Shown piece after piece: positions 10,558 through 23,856 of a stretch of DNA of 64,000 bases. The stretch spans positions 117,056,001-117,120,000 of the forward strand of contig OX638149.1 in NCBI GenBank assembly GCA_951804945.1, given 5' to 3'. The position numbers and the translations under genes were made by a program. The notes beneath the pieces are model-generated. The model saw only the letters and a list, made by a program, of their open reading frames with translations, was not told the DNA's origin and ran no database searches. Positions within the stretch are counted from its first letter, which is position 1; each line of letters starts with the position of its first letter. Source of the DNA: Podarcis cretensis (Eukaryota).

Positions 10558-13500
10558 AACTGTTCTTCGGTGAAGAGCCAGAATATGCAGAAAACCCGGC
10601 TGGCAAACAGGCTGCTTCTGCTGATTCCATAGATCTTCCGCAACATGGATCTCTCCCGGATCTGAAGGGCACAAGTGGAATGTCATTTATGCATTCCTGG
10701 CCTGAGAAACAGAAACCTTCTTTCACACAAAAGTTAAAGTATCGGTCTGTTATGGCTGGAGAGCCAGTTGTTTTCCAGTGCAAATTGAGTGCCCTTCCTT
10801 TGCCCCAAATAACATGGTACCATAACAACAGGCAAATCCCCCAAAGTCTGCGAAGGCGAATAAAGAGTGAGAGCTGCATGGATATGCACAGCTCCAGTCT
10901 AGAGGTAAAAGAAGTTCAGGAAAGGGACTCAGGGAGTTACAAGGTTTTTGCTATTAACAGTGAGGGTTCAGCTGAGTCCACTGCTTCATTGTTGGTAGCA
11001 CATGGGGACAAACAAAATGCCAAATACCTAGAGTTTTTGAGACAGTCAGAGAGTACTTGTGAACGTATAGAGCATCTGGCGCAGAAAAGGAGAGGCGATA
11101 GGCTCAAAGTTGATCTGCGGTGTATTGGTTCTCCGTTTGATAAGAAGCAGGAAACCGAGAAAGCGCTGAGAGCTTTTTCTCCTACCAAAGGGATGGTGAG
11201 GACCATAAGCTTTGAAAGCCTCTCGTCCTTAAGAAAAGGATTTGTATACGATAAGGATTGGGTAAGAAACAGGCGTGCAGGTAGGGGGTGTAGTGAGGGA
11301 GAGGCTTTGCTTGACGAGGAAACAAAAGTAAAGTTGCAGCGACTTCGTGAGGCAAAAAAAGCCATGCTGGAAAAGAAAAAAGTGCTTCTATCACAGGGAT
11401 CAACAGAGGAACACCTTCCCTCTGCGAAAATTGTAGGAATTGGAAATAAAAGAGGCCCGTTGGCTCGTTCAATCTGTGCAGCATCTCATGTAGAGACAAA
11501 GGGACTTGCTTTCCAAACTATAGAGCAGATTAATGAAAAGGCCATGTTACCGACAGCGTCAGGCACTAAAGAAGTTACTGTAGGAAGTTCTAGCAGGGAG
11601 CTTGAGAAAACATCAGAAAAATTTCAGGTTAGAATGGAACGGATCCTGGGCCTTCCTGGACCTCCTCAGATTCTCCAGGATTTTCCTGATAAAAGCAATA
11701 GGGGAGGAATGTTCCGGAGACAGGAGGTAGTAGCCTCTAAAGGGAACGTGAAGCCACAAGTTCCAGAAAAAGATCCAAAGGCAATTGGGAACACAGGATG
11801 GATGAACTATACTTATACCCATGGAAAATCAGAAGAAGCAAGAATGGATACTCAAGACTTCAAGGCGACAAAAACCATTAAGAAAAACCCCTCTCCCCTG
11901 GTATATGTACTTTTGACTGATGATGTCAGTGAGAGAGAGAAACATGATGTCAGTGTGAGAGAGAAAGATGATGTCAATGAGAGAGGGAAACCTGATATGA
12001 TGATGTCTGATACAATCACATTGAACATTAATGAACCTGCGCCTGTTTTTGAGATCAGGGAAATGAGCAAAACTGTAGAAATGGCAATGTCAGTAAACAA
12101 ATGCTCCCTTGAAACTGAAGAGTCTGCGTTGGCTGAGGTCACTGAAACAGAAACGGAGATAACAGAACCACCTGACAAATTGGTGAGGCCTCTTCCAAAA
12201 TATCTGGAGCCATGCCCCCCTTTCTTTGTTCATGAAATTGAATCACAAGAAGTAAGCGAAGGAGAGAGCTGTATTTTTAATTGTGATTTCCAAGGCCATC
12301 CACAGGTCACAGTCACTTGGTATAACAATGACAAGCCGCTGTCACGTAACCAAGAATGTAACATCAGAACCACAGAAAATAGTTCCACACTGACATTCTC
12401 CACCATTGTCCGTGATCAGGAAGGCTCCATTACTTGTGTGATATTTAACCAGCATGGGACTGCTACAACTTCAGGAACGCTAAAAGTGAAAGTAAAGGAA
12501 AAGCCTGAATTTGAACCATTCAGTATATGTAAAGTTGAGCTTTCACCAGACTATGCAGAAGAAGAAGAGGAACTCAGTTTGGCATTTGAGTATTCAAAAA
12601 AAGATGAACCTGATTTAAGTATGGATGGCAGAGCCACTCTCCTCCCTCCACAGATTAACCTGCCCAGACCTTGCATTTCTGATCCAGATCTGCTTTCACT
12701 TCCTGTGGAAATAAAAATAATCGCTCCAACCCCAACTCCAGAACAAGATGAAGAATTTAAAGAATTAACTCAGTTTGTTGAGTTTGTGCCTGAAGAACCC
12801 CCTGAAGAACAAACTTCTGCAGGACTAAAGCATAAGTTTAAATTTTCATTTGATGTGGCTCATGAACCCCCCAAAATCTTAAAAGAAATTCAACAACACG
12901 TTAGATGTAGAGAAGGGGATTCGGTGGTACTTGAATGCTTAATATCTGCTGAACCACTGCCAATTGTAACATGGCTGCAGAATGATGGGATTTTAATCCC
13001 CACTGAAAAGTTTTACTTTGAGGAGGGAGATGGCGTTTATAGGTTGCACGTTTGCAAGGTTTCCATATCTGATGCTGGCATGTACAAATGTGTTGCCGAA
13101 AACAAAGCTGGCATAGTCGAAACTGTTTGTTATCTTTCAGTTGATCCCACCATGGAAATATTTTTGGATGAAACTGAGCTCAAAGCTGTCGAAAGCCAAG
13201 TCAGAGGAACTCAGGACCAGATTGCAAAAGAACATTTGGGGAGTTATTTTGAATCCTCAGTAGGACTTACGGAAAGTAGTTTTAGCGATAAAGCATATTC
13301 TGTAAGCCAGCAGTTCCACAGTGTTAGTAAACTGGATTTCGGAGGGGAAGAAACAGGTAGACCAGCCCAGGAAATGGAATCCCAGCTGCCAAATTATCTA
13401 AATGATGTAATGAAGTCTCTACTTGCTGATGAAAGTGAACACCCACATTTCCAGATCTGGGAGCAAAAAGAAGTATATAAAGAGATGGAGTCAAATGCAA

Positions 13501-16500
13501 AAGAAGAACAAAAGGTAGCCAGTATTTCAGAAATTTTAGCAGACACTCCACTTGTTGAGGAATTTAGAGATACAGCTGCTGAGCAAGCCAAAGTAGAAAG
13601 CACATATAAACACGCAGCTATGGAAATATCATCAAGCTGTCAATTTGAAATGGTTGTAGAGAGTCATACGGAAAGAGAGAAGTCAGTTACAGGAGAAGAC
13701 ATTTCTGTAAGTCATGATGTAAAAGATGAAGGGAAAACTGTAAGAGACATATTTGAGAAGATGCAGAAGATTTCTAAAGATCAGGAATTCACACTAGCAT
13801 ATCTGGAACCAGAATCGGAGAGTCTTCAGTATGGACCAACTCAAGGTATATCACACGAGGAAATACCTTCAAGTGAGATAATCACAGACATACCATTTAA
13901 GGAAGTTAAAGAACAAATCTGCACTTTTGAGCAGGAGTTAAGTGCAAAAGAATCTATGGATCATAGGTTTTCCACACTGCTGCAAGAAGACAGTGATATC
14001 CATGAGAAGGATCAATGTTTTACTGATATATTAAGCAAGAATTCTAAGGATCAGTCAGCCATAGAAAAGAGAAGTATGTTACATCTGCAAAATATAAACA
14101 ATGAACTCCAAAGTGCACCTAAGGAAGAACAACTTGACGATGAGGTTGTAAACAAAGAAAATCTGCAGGAGGCAGTAGCCAATGAACACCAAGAACTGTT
14201 CAGAGTAGAAAAAGAGCAAGCATTCAGAAGTTCTATCTCTGACAAAGAGAAAGACACTTTGATCCATGAGGAAAAGTTCACTAGCTTTGGTGAGGGGAAA
14301 GAGAAGGAAATCCATTGTGGTGAAGAATTGGTAGGAAAAGCAGATGTAAGTGTGCCTGAATTTGTATTTGATTTAAAACAAATGCTTACTATTAAAGACA
14401 ACGTAGATAAGAATGCTCAAGAACAAACTGAAACTCAGGAACTCATAGGCCCAAGCTCAATTGCTGGCAAACTTGATATCTCACTTGATGGAATGCCGGT
14501 TCATGCAGATACAGAAACTGCTGATGAACAACAAAACAGACTTAAGTCAGAGGAAGTGTATGCCAAGGAAAAATGTTTGGTTTCTGAAATAATACAAGCT
14601 AATACAAACAAAATCACAGAATCAGCCCAAATCGGCATATCAGCTCTAGAACAAAGATTGGATTCTAGTCAAGGTATTTCTAAAGAGGGTGAACTTGTAA
14701 AGGAAGCAAATTATGCCCAAGAAGATGCATTATGCCTAGAGAAGGAAGAATTTGGTTTACATCCAGCTTCCTTAGGCACAGAAACTGTTGTTGAGGAACA
14801 AGAGGAAATCGTTATCAAAGAACTTTCAGATTTTGAAAGAACAGAGCTAGGCAAGATAATAGAAAGTGCAGAAATAGACACATCAGCTGAGAGTTATAGC
14901 CAGGATATCAACAAAGAGAAGGAACTGGGAGAAGGAATATTTGATTTAAAGCAACTTTCTCTGCATGTAGAAAATGATAGTCAAAACCAGGACGATGTCC
15001 TTGTGAAAGCTCTGCATTCCGGTTCTGAAGAAATGAAACTAGATGTCAACAAAACCCCAGAAATTGTACAAGCTCCCACTTTGTTTGTAGAGCAAGAAAG
15101 AGCTTCTCAACAAGAGCTTTCCCAAGATACTGAACCAGTAAAGACAGAATACAGTTTCAAGGAAGCTATCTTATCCTTTGAAGAAGAATTTCCCTCCAAA
15201 CAATCTAATTATAACATAGAAATTGTTGTTCAGAAGGAAGTTCACATTGAGGAAAAACAGACTCATGAAAAGGATCAAGATTCTGTTTTTACTGTTCCAC
15301 ACACAGAAATTATTGGGGGGAAATATGTTAAAACTGAATATTCAGTTGCTGAAAGCCTGGAAACTGACGTGGCTGAACATGCACACAAAAAATCAGATTT
15401 AGAGGTTTCCAAAATAAATGAAACTATAAAGGAAGAAAGTGGTGCACTGCAACAATCATTACCCCCTAAAAATGGCATTTTTGACTTAAAGCAAGCTTAC
15501 TCAAATATAGAAAAAAATAGCCACCTACCAGAGACAGAAGAAACATACTTAAAAAACCTCTATTCCGCTTCTGAAGGAGTTCAGGCTGATACACAGAGTA
15601 CCATGGAAAATGCACGTCAAATAATGCATTCTTGCCAAAAAGATTCCTTCTCTTTGAAAACCATGATGGAAGAAGAAAATGTTCAGGAATGTACATCCCC
15701 CGAAAACAAAGACATTGATTTAAAATTAGCTTTTCTGAATCTAGAAAATGTTGATCAACAGCAAGAAGAGAAGTTGCCACGGGGGCAAATACCTCTCAAA
15801 TTCCTGTATTCTGCTTCAGAGGAAATGGAAGCCTTTCAAGGGCAGCAGTTGAAATCCACTGAAAGCAATGTCCTCTACAAAAGCAGCAACCACAAAGAAT
15901 GCACCCTGTCCCCAGAGAAAGAACTACAAACACAAGAGCAAATGTTTGATCTGAAAGCACATGCTGCATCTTTATCACAAGGCTTTTCATTGAAGGAGGC
16001 TGAAACATTACCAGAGAAAGAAGTGGGTTCCTTTAATCTGAGGTCGGCTTTTGAGATGGTAGGTACAGAGACAGAGAGTTTCATAAAACAGCTACAGAAG
16101 GCAAGCGTACCAGAGGAAGGAGTTTCTCTAAGTGAGGAACTTCGTCAGAGCTATACGGTGCGGCTGGAGGGAGAGAATTCCCTAGAACAAAAATTACAAG
16201 CGGAAGCAGAGCTGACAGTGACACAAATACTGAAGAAGGCCTTAGAAACTGTTAGCCTTTCTACTGAACAGGAGTCTGCTACAAAACGGCATTGCAATCA
16301 GGAGGGGAAAATTTCTGAGGAGGAAGTGCTTAGGATGCCAGATGAAGCCTTTCTGTGGGGGCAGCCAGAACCCATCCCTCTCAGTCAGTATTTTCAAAAC
16401 CAAGTGGAAGAAACTGGTGTCCTCGAAGCTGATAGTTTCATATCTGATTTGAAGAAAGCTGCACATGGAAAGAAGCCTCAAAGCGTTCATGAAACAGGGG

Positions 16501-18920
16501 GAGAAAAGGCACGTGTTACTGAGAGGACTACTGATATCGAGAAGCCTTTTGATAGCCAAATAATGCCTGACAAACAACCATCATCACACAGCTCAGCCAA
16601 GGAACCCTCGTTGGCCCAGTTCCTTCTTTCCTTAAAAGATGAATCACTTATAAGCCAGGGAGGTGTGACAGGAGAATGTGAAACTACTGAATTCATGAAT
16701 CCTCCTCTAGGAAATCTAACTGAAGGGGCTACCAAAGAAAGTACTCTTCACGCTCAAGAACCTCCTCCTCGTCCTCCTACTCCTCATGAAGGAGCAGATT
16801 TCTCTCTTACAAAATATTTGCTTGCTGCCAGAGAACAGGAGATCCCAGTTGCCAGAGACAGCTCATCCAGGACTCTGACCAGGGAGGGATCTATCACATC
16901 CTTGGAGGTTGAAGATGTTACATTTAGCACCGTATATGATTATTACAAGCAACAGCAAGAACTGACCCGCCCTTTTTCTCCCGAGTCAGAAATGTCTATT
17001 GATATTGACAGCATGAGCGGAGACGAAATGGTAGAGGCTGAGGGATTCTACACACCACCATCTTCAGTGGATAATTTTGAATCTCCCATGTCTTTTGAGT
17101 CTTATCACACACCAATTGGCAGCCCAGAACGATATTCTACGCCTTCAGAGGAACGATACTCTACACCGTCAGAGGAGCGATATTCTACACCGTCAGAGGA
17201 GCGATATTCTACACCATCAGAGGAGCGATATTCTACACCAACTGCAGAGTCAAACAGAGCTTCAATGAGGTCTCCTGCAAATCTAGTGAGGGGAAGTACC
17301 CCACCAGAACGTTACCAAACACCCCGTGGCTCTCGTTTGCAACACAGGAGCTCTTCTCTCGAAGAGCTACGTGCTGAAATGTTCGGTACACCTTGTGAAG
17401 CATTGGAACCAAAGGGAAACGAAATTCCCCCTGCATTTATTAAGCCATTGACTAAAAGAAAAATCTATGAGAACACCACATTGCGTTTTATTGCCGAGGT
17501 CATAGGGATTCCCATACCTGATGTGAAATGGTATAGAAATAAGTCATTGCTTGAGCAAGATGAAAGGGTCAAAATACAAAAAGAAGGTGATGTTTGTATC
17601 TTAGAAATCCGCAACATTCAAAAAACAGACGGAGGGGAATATATGTGCCATGCAATAAATATCATAGGCGAATCCAAGAATATCGCACAAGTACAAGTGT
17701 TACCCCATGATGGAAGAGCTTTGGCTCTTCCTCCTCCAGTAACTCATCAACAGGTTATAGAGTTTGATATAGAACAAGGGTCAGCGTCACGAACACCTTC
17801 GCCTCAGGAAATTCTCCTGGAAGTAGAGCTGGATGAAACTGAGATTAAGGAATGTGAGAAGCAAGTGAAAATAGCCACTATTCCTGAACTCACTTCTGAT
17901 AATCAAAGTATGATTGTGTCTCTTGATGTTCTCCCTTTATCTCTGGTGGAACACACAACGGCTTCTTTTGGGAAAGAGAACAAAGATGTTACAATTGACT
18001 TTGAAGTCACCGAGATGCCTCCACGCTTTACCACCCCTGTCTTTGACATAGAGGTTCCAGAAAAATCTGAGGCATTGTTTCATTGTACAGTCGCAGGCTG
18101 TCCTACCCCAGTAGTGCAGTGGTTTAAGGCAAATCAGTGCATTTCTTCAGACGCTTTGAAGTACACTGTTAGAAGTGAGAATGGAAGTCATAGTCTTAAA
18201 ATTCAGAATGTACAGCATTCTGATAGTGGCATGTATTTGTGTAAGGCTGTTAATGCTGTTGGAGAAGCTATATGCAGGTGCTTGTTAGCTGTAACCGAGG
18301 GCCAAGGGGCTCTTGCAGTGACCAATGATGGAAGTCAGGCAGATTTAAGTTTGGATAGCACTAGTGGTAGGCCTCAAAAGATTGATTTGCTTGTTGATAA
18401 TACTATCCAAAATGGCAACCAGACGGAAATAGAGCTGGAGTTTGAGTTTGAAGGTGACACTGATGATTCTCAGAAAGCTGTTAAATTGGTAGCTGTTACA
18501 GAACAGGAGCAGGAAGAGGAAGGAGAAGCATGTGTAAATATTAACTTTGATGTATTTGCTGAACCATCCAAAGAAGAGCAGATTGAATTTAAAGGTGAGA
18601 GCACAGACAGCTGCAGCTTTGAATTTCAAGTTACAGAAGCACCTCCAAAGTTTATGAAACATATTTCTGATTGTGCTTCTTTCAAGGGTACCTCTGCAAG
18701 TTTCCAGTGTTTAGTAGTTGGTTCTCCAAAACCGGCAATAAGCTGGTTTAAAAATGGGGCATTGATTCATGAAGAGAGATACTGTGTGGAGGAAAGTCAG
18801 GAAGGTTGTCACAGTCTGACTATAAGAAGCTTAGTCCAAACTGATGAAGGCGAGTATAAGTGTGTAGCAACCAACAAAGCAGGGACTGCCTATAGCAGTG
18901 CTTTGTTAACAATCTGCTGA
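10558..18920 (+). CDS. TTN: TTN Novex-3 alternative terminal exon (exon 48), about 2787 aa, six Ig domains, TGA stop
   Basis: tttgcag|AA CTG TTC is in frame with ORF 10680-18920; KPSFTQKLKY, ERYSTP repeats, PPAFIKPLTKRKIYENTTL; ends ALLTIC-stop. Confidence 0.96.
11919..11990 (+). repeat. 24-bp coding tandem repeat (DDVSEREK-like) x3 in Novex-3
   Basis: gatgatgtcagtgagagagagaaa / catgatgtcagtgtgagagagaaa / gatgatgtcaatgagagagggaaa. Confidence 0.9.
17127..17240 (+). repeat. 24-bp coding tandem repeat (ERYSTPSE) x4.75 in Novex-3
   Basis: gaRcgataYtctacRccNtcagag repeated. Confidence 0.95.
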
Positions 18921-21900
18921 ATGTCCTGCTTTCAAAATGTATTTATTCTTAAAGAGACAGCACATTTGCACCGCATTTAGAGATCCATCCTGGTAGACTA
19001 TGTAGCAGTAATTTTGATGCTTCTTGTTATTTGAAGCAACCTTATGAGTGGGATTCACTGGCCCCTCCCCAAGGCTCTCCCTACCGGGAACTACTGTGGA
19101 GATGAAGTGATGCTTAGCTCTTATTACAGGCTAAGCGAGTTCCATTGATCCCAACACCGTACGCATCCTTGTAATGATATCATTGTAATTGTCACCCACA
19201 TGTGTACACCATCTTTGTCTGATACATGTAAATATGATTGTTTTATTTAAAAGGTGCATTCACATTTTTGTTAAGAGGGTCTTGAAATATTTGATACCCC
19301 CTTTTTTCTTATAACTGACTTTTTGGGAATTGTACTTTATATGCACACTGAATTTTAAACGCAGTACCAGAAAAAAAAAGGATTTCCCTCTCGCAATGTT
19401 GTATCAGAAAATAACACTCTCTCGTGAACAGATCCTGAAATCTTATGTTATTTCTCTCCCACTGAAGTAACTGAGACTTATGTTGATCTCATTCCAATTC
19501 AAATGAAGAGTATTAACATGACACCAGTTGAAATACCCTGATTCCAAGAGAATCAGAGACCAAATTGGCCCATTTGGGTTTTCTGTCACAGTGGAGATTG
19601 CAGAAAAAACTTTCAGATTTATTTTTCTTTTACCAAGTTAAAACTACTTGTTAACTAGAGAAAAAGCAATGCAAAACAGGCAAATGTGCTAATGTGAACC
19701 TAGCATAAATAAAATATATTGAAATTAAACTTCTTAGAAATGGTTACACTTTAGGTGGGTCAATTAATCTCTAGCAATGGATAAAATGAAACAGAACCCT
19801 GAAATCCATCTCAAGCCAAGGCCTTGATAGCCAACATTTTTTTAAAAAATACAATTCTTTATCGAGGGATATTCATGTTATTCTGTTGCAGAAAAATAGT
19901 AGTCTTGCGAACCTTCAAAGGCTAGCAAATTTATTATGTCACATTCACACAAAAAATATACCATAATAAATTTGATAGTCTTTCAAGTATCATAAAACTC
20001 TTTGCTGTTTTTAAACTTCTGTCATCATAGACTAGAAGAAGTATGAATTTAAAACCATGTTTTTCAGTATATGAACAGACATGAATATTGTCCACTGTAC
20101 AAATTTCATTCAGTAAAATGTTTTGTGCTGTGGTTGCATGCAAGCTTAGCTGGGACCAAATCCCATTGGAAACAATGGGATTTTACTCCTGAGTAAACAT
20201 GCCTAGGTTTGGGACTCTAAGGCTGCAGTTCCAGACCCTATATGCCTGAGAGTAAACCTAAATCAACACAATGGGGCTTACCTCCAAGTTGATCTGTATC
20301 ATAGGAGCCAACTCCTAGGGGCTGAGCTCCTTTCGCCCTCCCATATGTTATTTGAGAGGGTTGGTGGCTCTCCAAAGTTGATGGGCATTGCCATTTAAAT
20401 GGGCGGGTGTGCCATGTCTTGTGATCAATTATGTGGGGTGAGGCTTACCTACCCCCCTCAATATTTTATTCAAGATGGCACCCCTGATCCGTATAGGACT
20501 TCACTCCCTGTGTATATGAAAAAAAGAAAAAGAAAATACATAGGTAATCTAGTCACTATTGTGATCAGCACCAAAAACACATTCTCTAACTCAGACATAT
20601 TGATAAACGAAAATAGCCTTTTAACACTAGAAAAGAATACACCACTTGACTCTGAGACAGCTACCTTTAAATATGAAACTGTACTTTTGAGAGTTCCTGC
20701 TTTATATTATTTTCAACACTGATATTTAAAAGAAGCACGGTAATTTATACTTAAATAAATTGGTGCATTTATATACTCAGTTGTGCACATGCATGCTCTT
20801 ATTTCTATATTTATGAGCTCAGTCTTTCATCAAAAATCTGTGGCTTTAGGCACCACATAATCCCAAAACTGATGCTATATTACTAGGAATTGCTGAAGTT
20901 CCCAAATATGTTAGAATTACTCTTCAAAATATAGAGCAGGTCATGTAAAAAAAAAGAGACACCCTGTAAATATGCCCGCCCCCATACCATCAACTTTTAT
21001 CGGTGGTTCTCATCACAGAATCTTACATAGGGCAAAGACAGAAGCTTTGCTTCGAAACGCAGAGCTTCTTGCCCGAGACATGCATAACATGTTTTGTCAA
21101 ATAGCTTGGGTGATCTGTGGAAAGCAGCCCGTATGGCTCCTTTATCACAGGATCCTCAGAACGGAAATCTCGCCGCCACTGATTTCAAAATTACAAGTTT
21201 GATTCTGTTTCCAGCCAAGCCATTTTCAGTCTCAGTTGACTAGAAATTTCAAACAGTTTAGACACCTGGTAACATACTAGGCATTTATATGTAAAACCTA
21301 AGGAAAGAAGTAAAAGGGGGGGAGGGTGTTTCCTTTTGGAAACACTAAACTGATACAATGGATATCACAGGGTATTTCAGCACTCTCAACGTGCTGACAG
21401 TAGGCATTAAAATAATTTGCATGGCAGTTAAAATGTTTCAATAGTGTAAGAGTATAAGAGAAATGAAATTTCTGATCCAGCGTTGAGCTGGGTAAAAATT
21501 GCTCATAGCATTGTGTCCATTGTCATTCCCGATACAGTTGACTAGCAGTTTTGGAGCAAATGAAGTGCAGCTATCCCAGCATATTAGGGAAAATGCATTG
21601 AATGTATTATATGGTCTGATGCTATCAGAAAACCCACGCTGTTTCACTCTCAAGAAGTTCAGCCACCATATCTGACCTCTCACACTCACTTCCAGCTTGT
21701 AGTATCTTTGCATTCACTTTATCTGTGGCCTGATCCTGTAAATCCAAACCGTTGGTTACGGTCAAAATCATGGCCAAGCAGTTGTGATGAAAGCAAAGAC
21801 TGGCAGCTACACCTGTAGCATTGCATGCAACTATGCCCTACTCAGAGTTGACCCATTTAAATTAATGGATGTAATTTAGTCATACCCATTAATTTCAGTT

Positions 21901-22092
21901 GGCTCTAAGTAGGACTAATGTTGGCTACAATTCCCATCTTCCAAAGCTAGCATTTAAGCTATACACTTTTCCAGTATCAACTCAGATGTCTTTTTTCATA
22001 GTTACAGGGTATTTAAAAAAAAAGAGGAACGAAAGAGCTTTATTTGTTCATATTTGATGTTACATTTTAAATGTCAATGTATATATTGTTTT

Positions 22093-22098
22093 AATAAA
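22093..22098 (+). terminator. Candidate Novex-3 poly(A) signal (other AATAAA at 19708, 19965, 20754)
   Basis: AATAAA followed about 25 nt later by GU/U-rich tttggtttcgtattctt; which hexamer is used cannot be determined from sequence. Confidence 0.35.
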
Positions 22099-23075
22099 AG
22101 TTCAAAATACAGTATTCGACTTTGGTTTCGTATTCTTCATTGAGCATACATTGATGAATTAATTATCAACCTTTAAACAATGGTGGTATGTATGTGAAGG
22201 TCATAACCTTTATGCCCATCCTTCTAGACATATGAAACTAGAAACACATCATTTTTTCTAGAGTTGAACAGAGGGTGGGATGTTGGGAAAGTTCTCATTG
22301 TAACTGTCAAACAAAGAACAGTTAACTTACTCTGGCATTTAAATTTAAAAACATGTACCAGTCATTTGCACACATGCTCAGTTAATCATTAGTAGACAGC
22401 TGCAGTGTTCTAACAGAGTACTTTAAATGTTTGTAGGGGAAATGTAATGTTGCATACCTGCAGTTTAGAGCCGCAAAGGTATAGAGGCCTCCTTAGAACC
22501 TTGAAGGTACACAAAACTCCCATGGTTCTCTGTGACAGAGACAAAGAAAATTCTGTGCTGCCAGGGATTCTCCCCCCCCCCCATAGTTTTTAGGTAGAGC
22601 TATATCGTTTGTTTGTTTGTTTGATTGATTGATTGATTGATTTAAATTTGTATACCGCCCTATGCCTGCAGGTCTCAGGGCAGTTACAACATAATATCAC
22701 AATAATATAAAAACACAAAATACATAATAAAAAAAGAAACAGAAAATATCTTTATTGTACCACTTGACCTGGAAGTAATAGCTGTATAGTCCTCCTCATA
22801 TCATAGTTTAACCATTTGTGAATCTTAATTGCCATTTTAGAAAAAGGGAGGAATTTATAGTATTTAGTGCGGCAAAACTGAGTGGTTTTGTAAAAGTCCC
22901 GAAAACATGTCCGCCTCTATACCATCAACTTTATCTGTGGTTATCATTGCAGAATCTTACATAGGGCAAAGACGAAAGCTTTGCTTCGAAACACTGAGCT
23001 GCTTTGTTTTGTAGTTTTGTAGAATTTGTAGTATTAAGTGTGGCAAAAGTGAGTGCATGGATTAGGAAGTCAATA

Positions 23076-23362
23076 CAATGGTGCCTCGCAAGACGAAATG
23101 AATCCATTCCGCGAGTCTCTTCGTCTTGCGGTTTTTTTGTCTTGCAAAGCACGGCTATTAGCGGCTTAGCGGCTATTAACGGCTTAGCAGCTTAGCGGCT
23201 TTAAGAAAAAGGAAACAAACTCGCAAGAACTCGCAAGACGTTTCATCTTGCGAAGCAAGCCCATAGGGAAATTCGTCTTGCGAAGCACCTCAAAAAACGG
23301 AAAACTCTTTCGTCTAGTGAGTTTTTTGTCTTGCGAGGCATTCGTCTTGCGGGGCACCACTG
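23076..23362. mobile_element. Non-autonomous Tc1/mariner-type MITE, copy 1
   Basis: TIRs CAATGGTGCCTCGCAAGACGAA ... TTCGTCTTGCGGGGCACCACTG, TA target duplication, internal TTAGCGGC repeats; near-identical copy at 52482. Confidence 0.88.
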
Positions 23363-23767
23363 TATCTAACTGATCCATGCCCCCATTGGAGGACTTACAG
23401 AAGCTCATGCACATAAGAAAGGATGGCAACCAATTGGTGGGGAAAGCCAAATTGTTTTCTGACTGCTTGTCTGCCTGGCACAGTGTATGTGGACCATTTG
23501 TGGACCACAGAGCAGCCTTAGGTCTTCTGATCAAGAGCTGAGAACCACGTGGCTTCTGAGTATTAAGAAGATGAATGTTTTCCTTCCAGAGGAAGGCTAT
23601 ACTGCCTAGGATACCTTATATGATCAAATACCTCTGGGTAGAGAAAGAAACACTGGCACTATCAATACTGAACCATATGGTTGATGGTCCGACTTGGCAT
23701 AAAATAGTTGTCTGTGTCTTTGACTTGGAACTAATTTTTGCTGGCTGAGCTCTAGAACATCCTGTCT

Positions 23768-23856
23768 TAGGGCTAATATTGTATTTTAATATTCTGTTGG
23801 AAGCCGCCCAGAATGGCTGGGGAAACCCAGCCAGATGGGCGGGGTATAAATAATTA
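23768..23856 (+). mobile_element. LINE/SINE 3' tail fragment
   Basis: ggaagccgcccagaatggctggggaaacccagccagatgggcggggtataaat, recalled as a lizard retroelement end. Confidence 0.5.

Noticed and set aside
17127-17240. CRISPR-like repeat array
   Set aside because: Contiguous in-frame coding repeat without spacers in a vertebrate exon
10680-18920. Stand-alone 2746-aa single-exon gene
   Set aside because: The frame is open back to a splice acceptor at 10558 and the peptide is titin Novex-3
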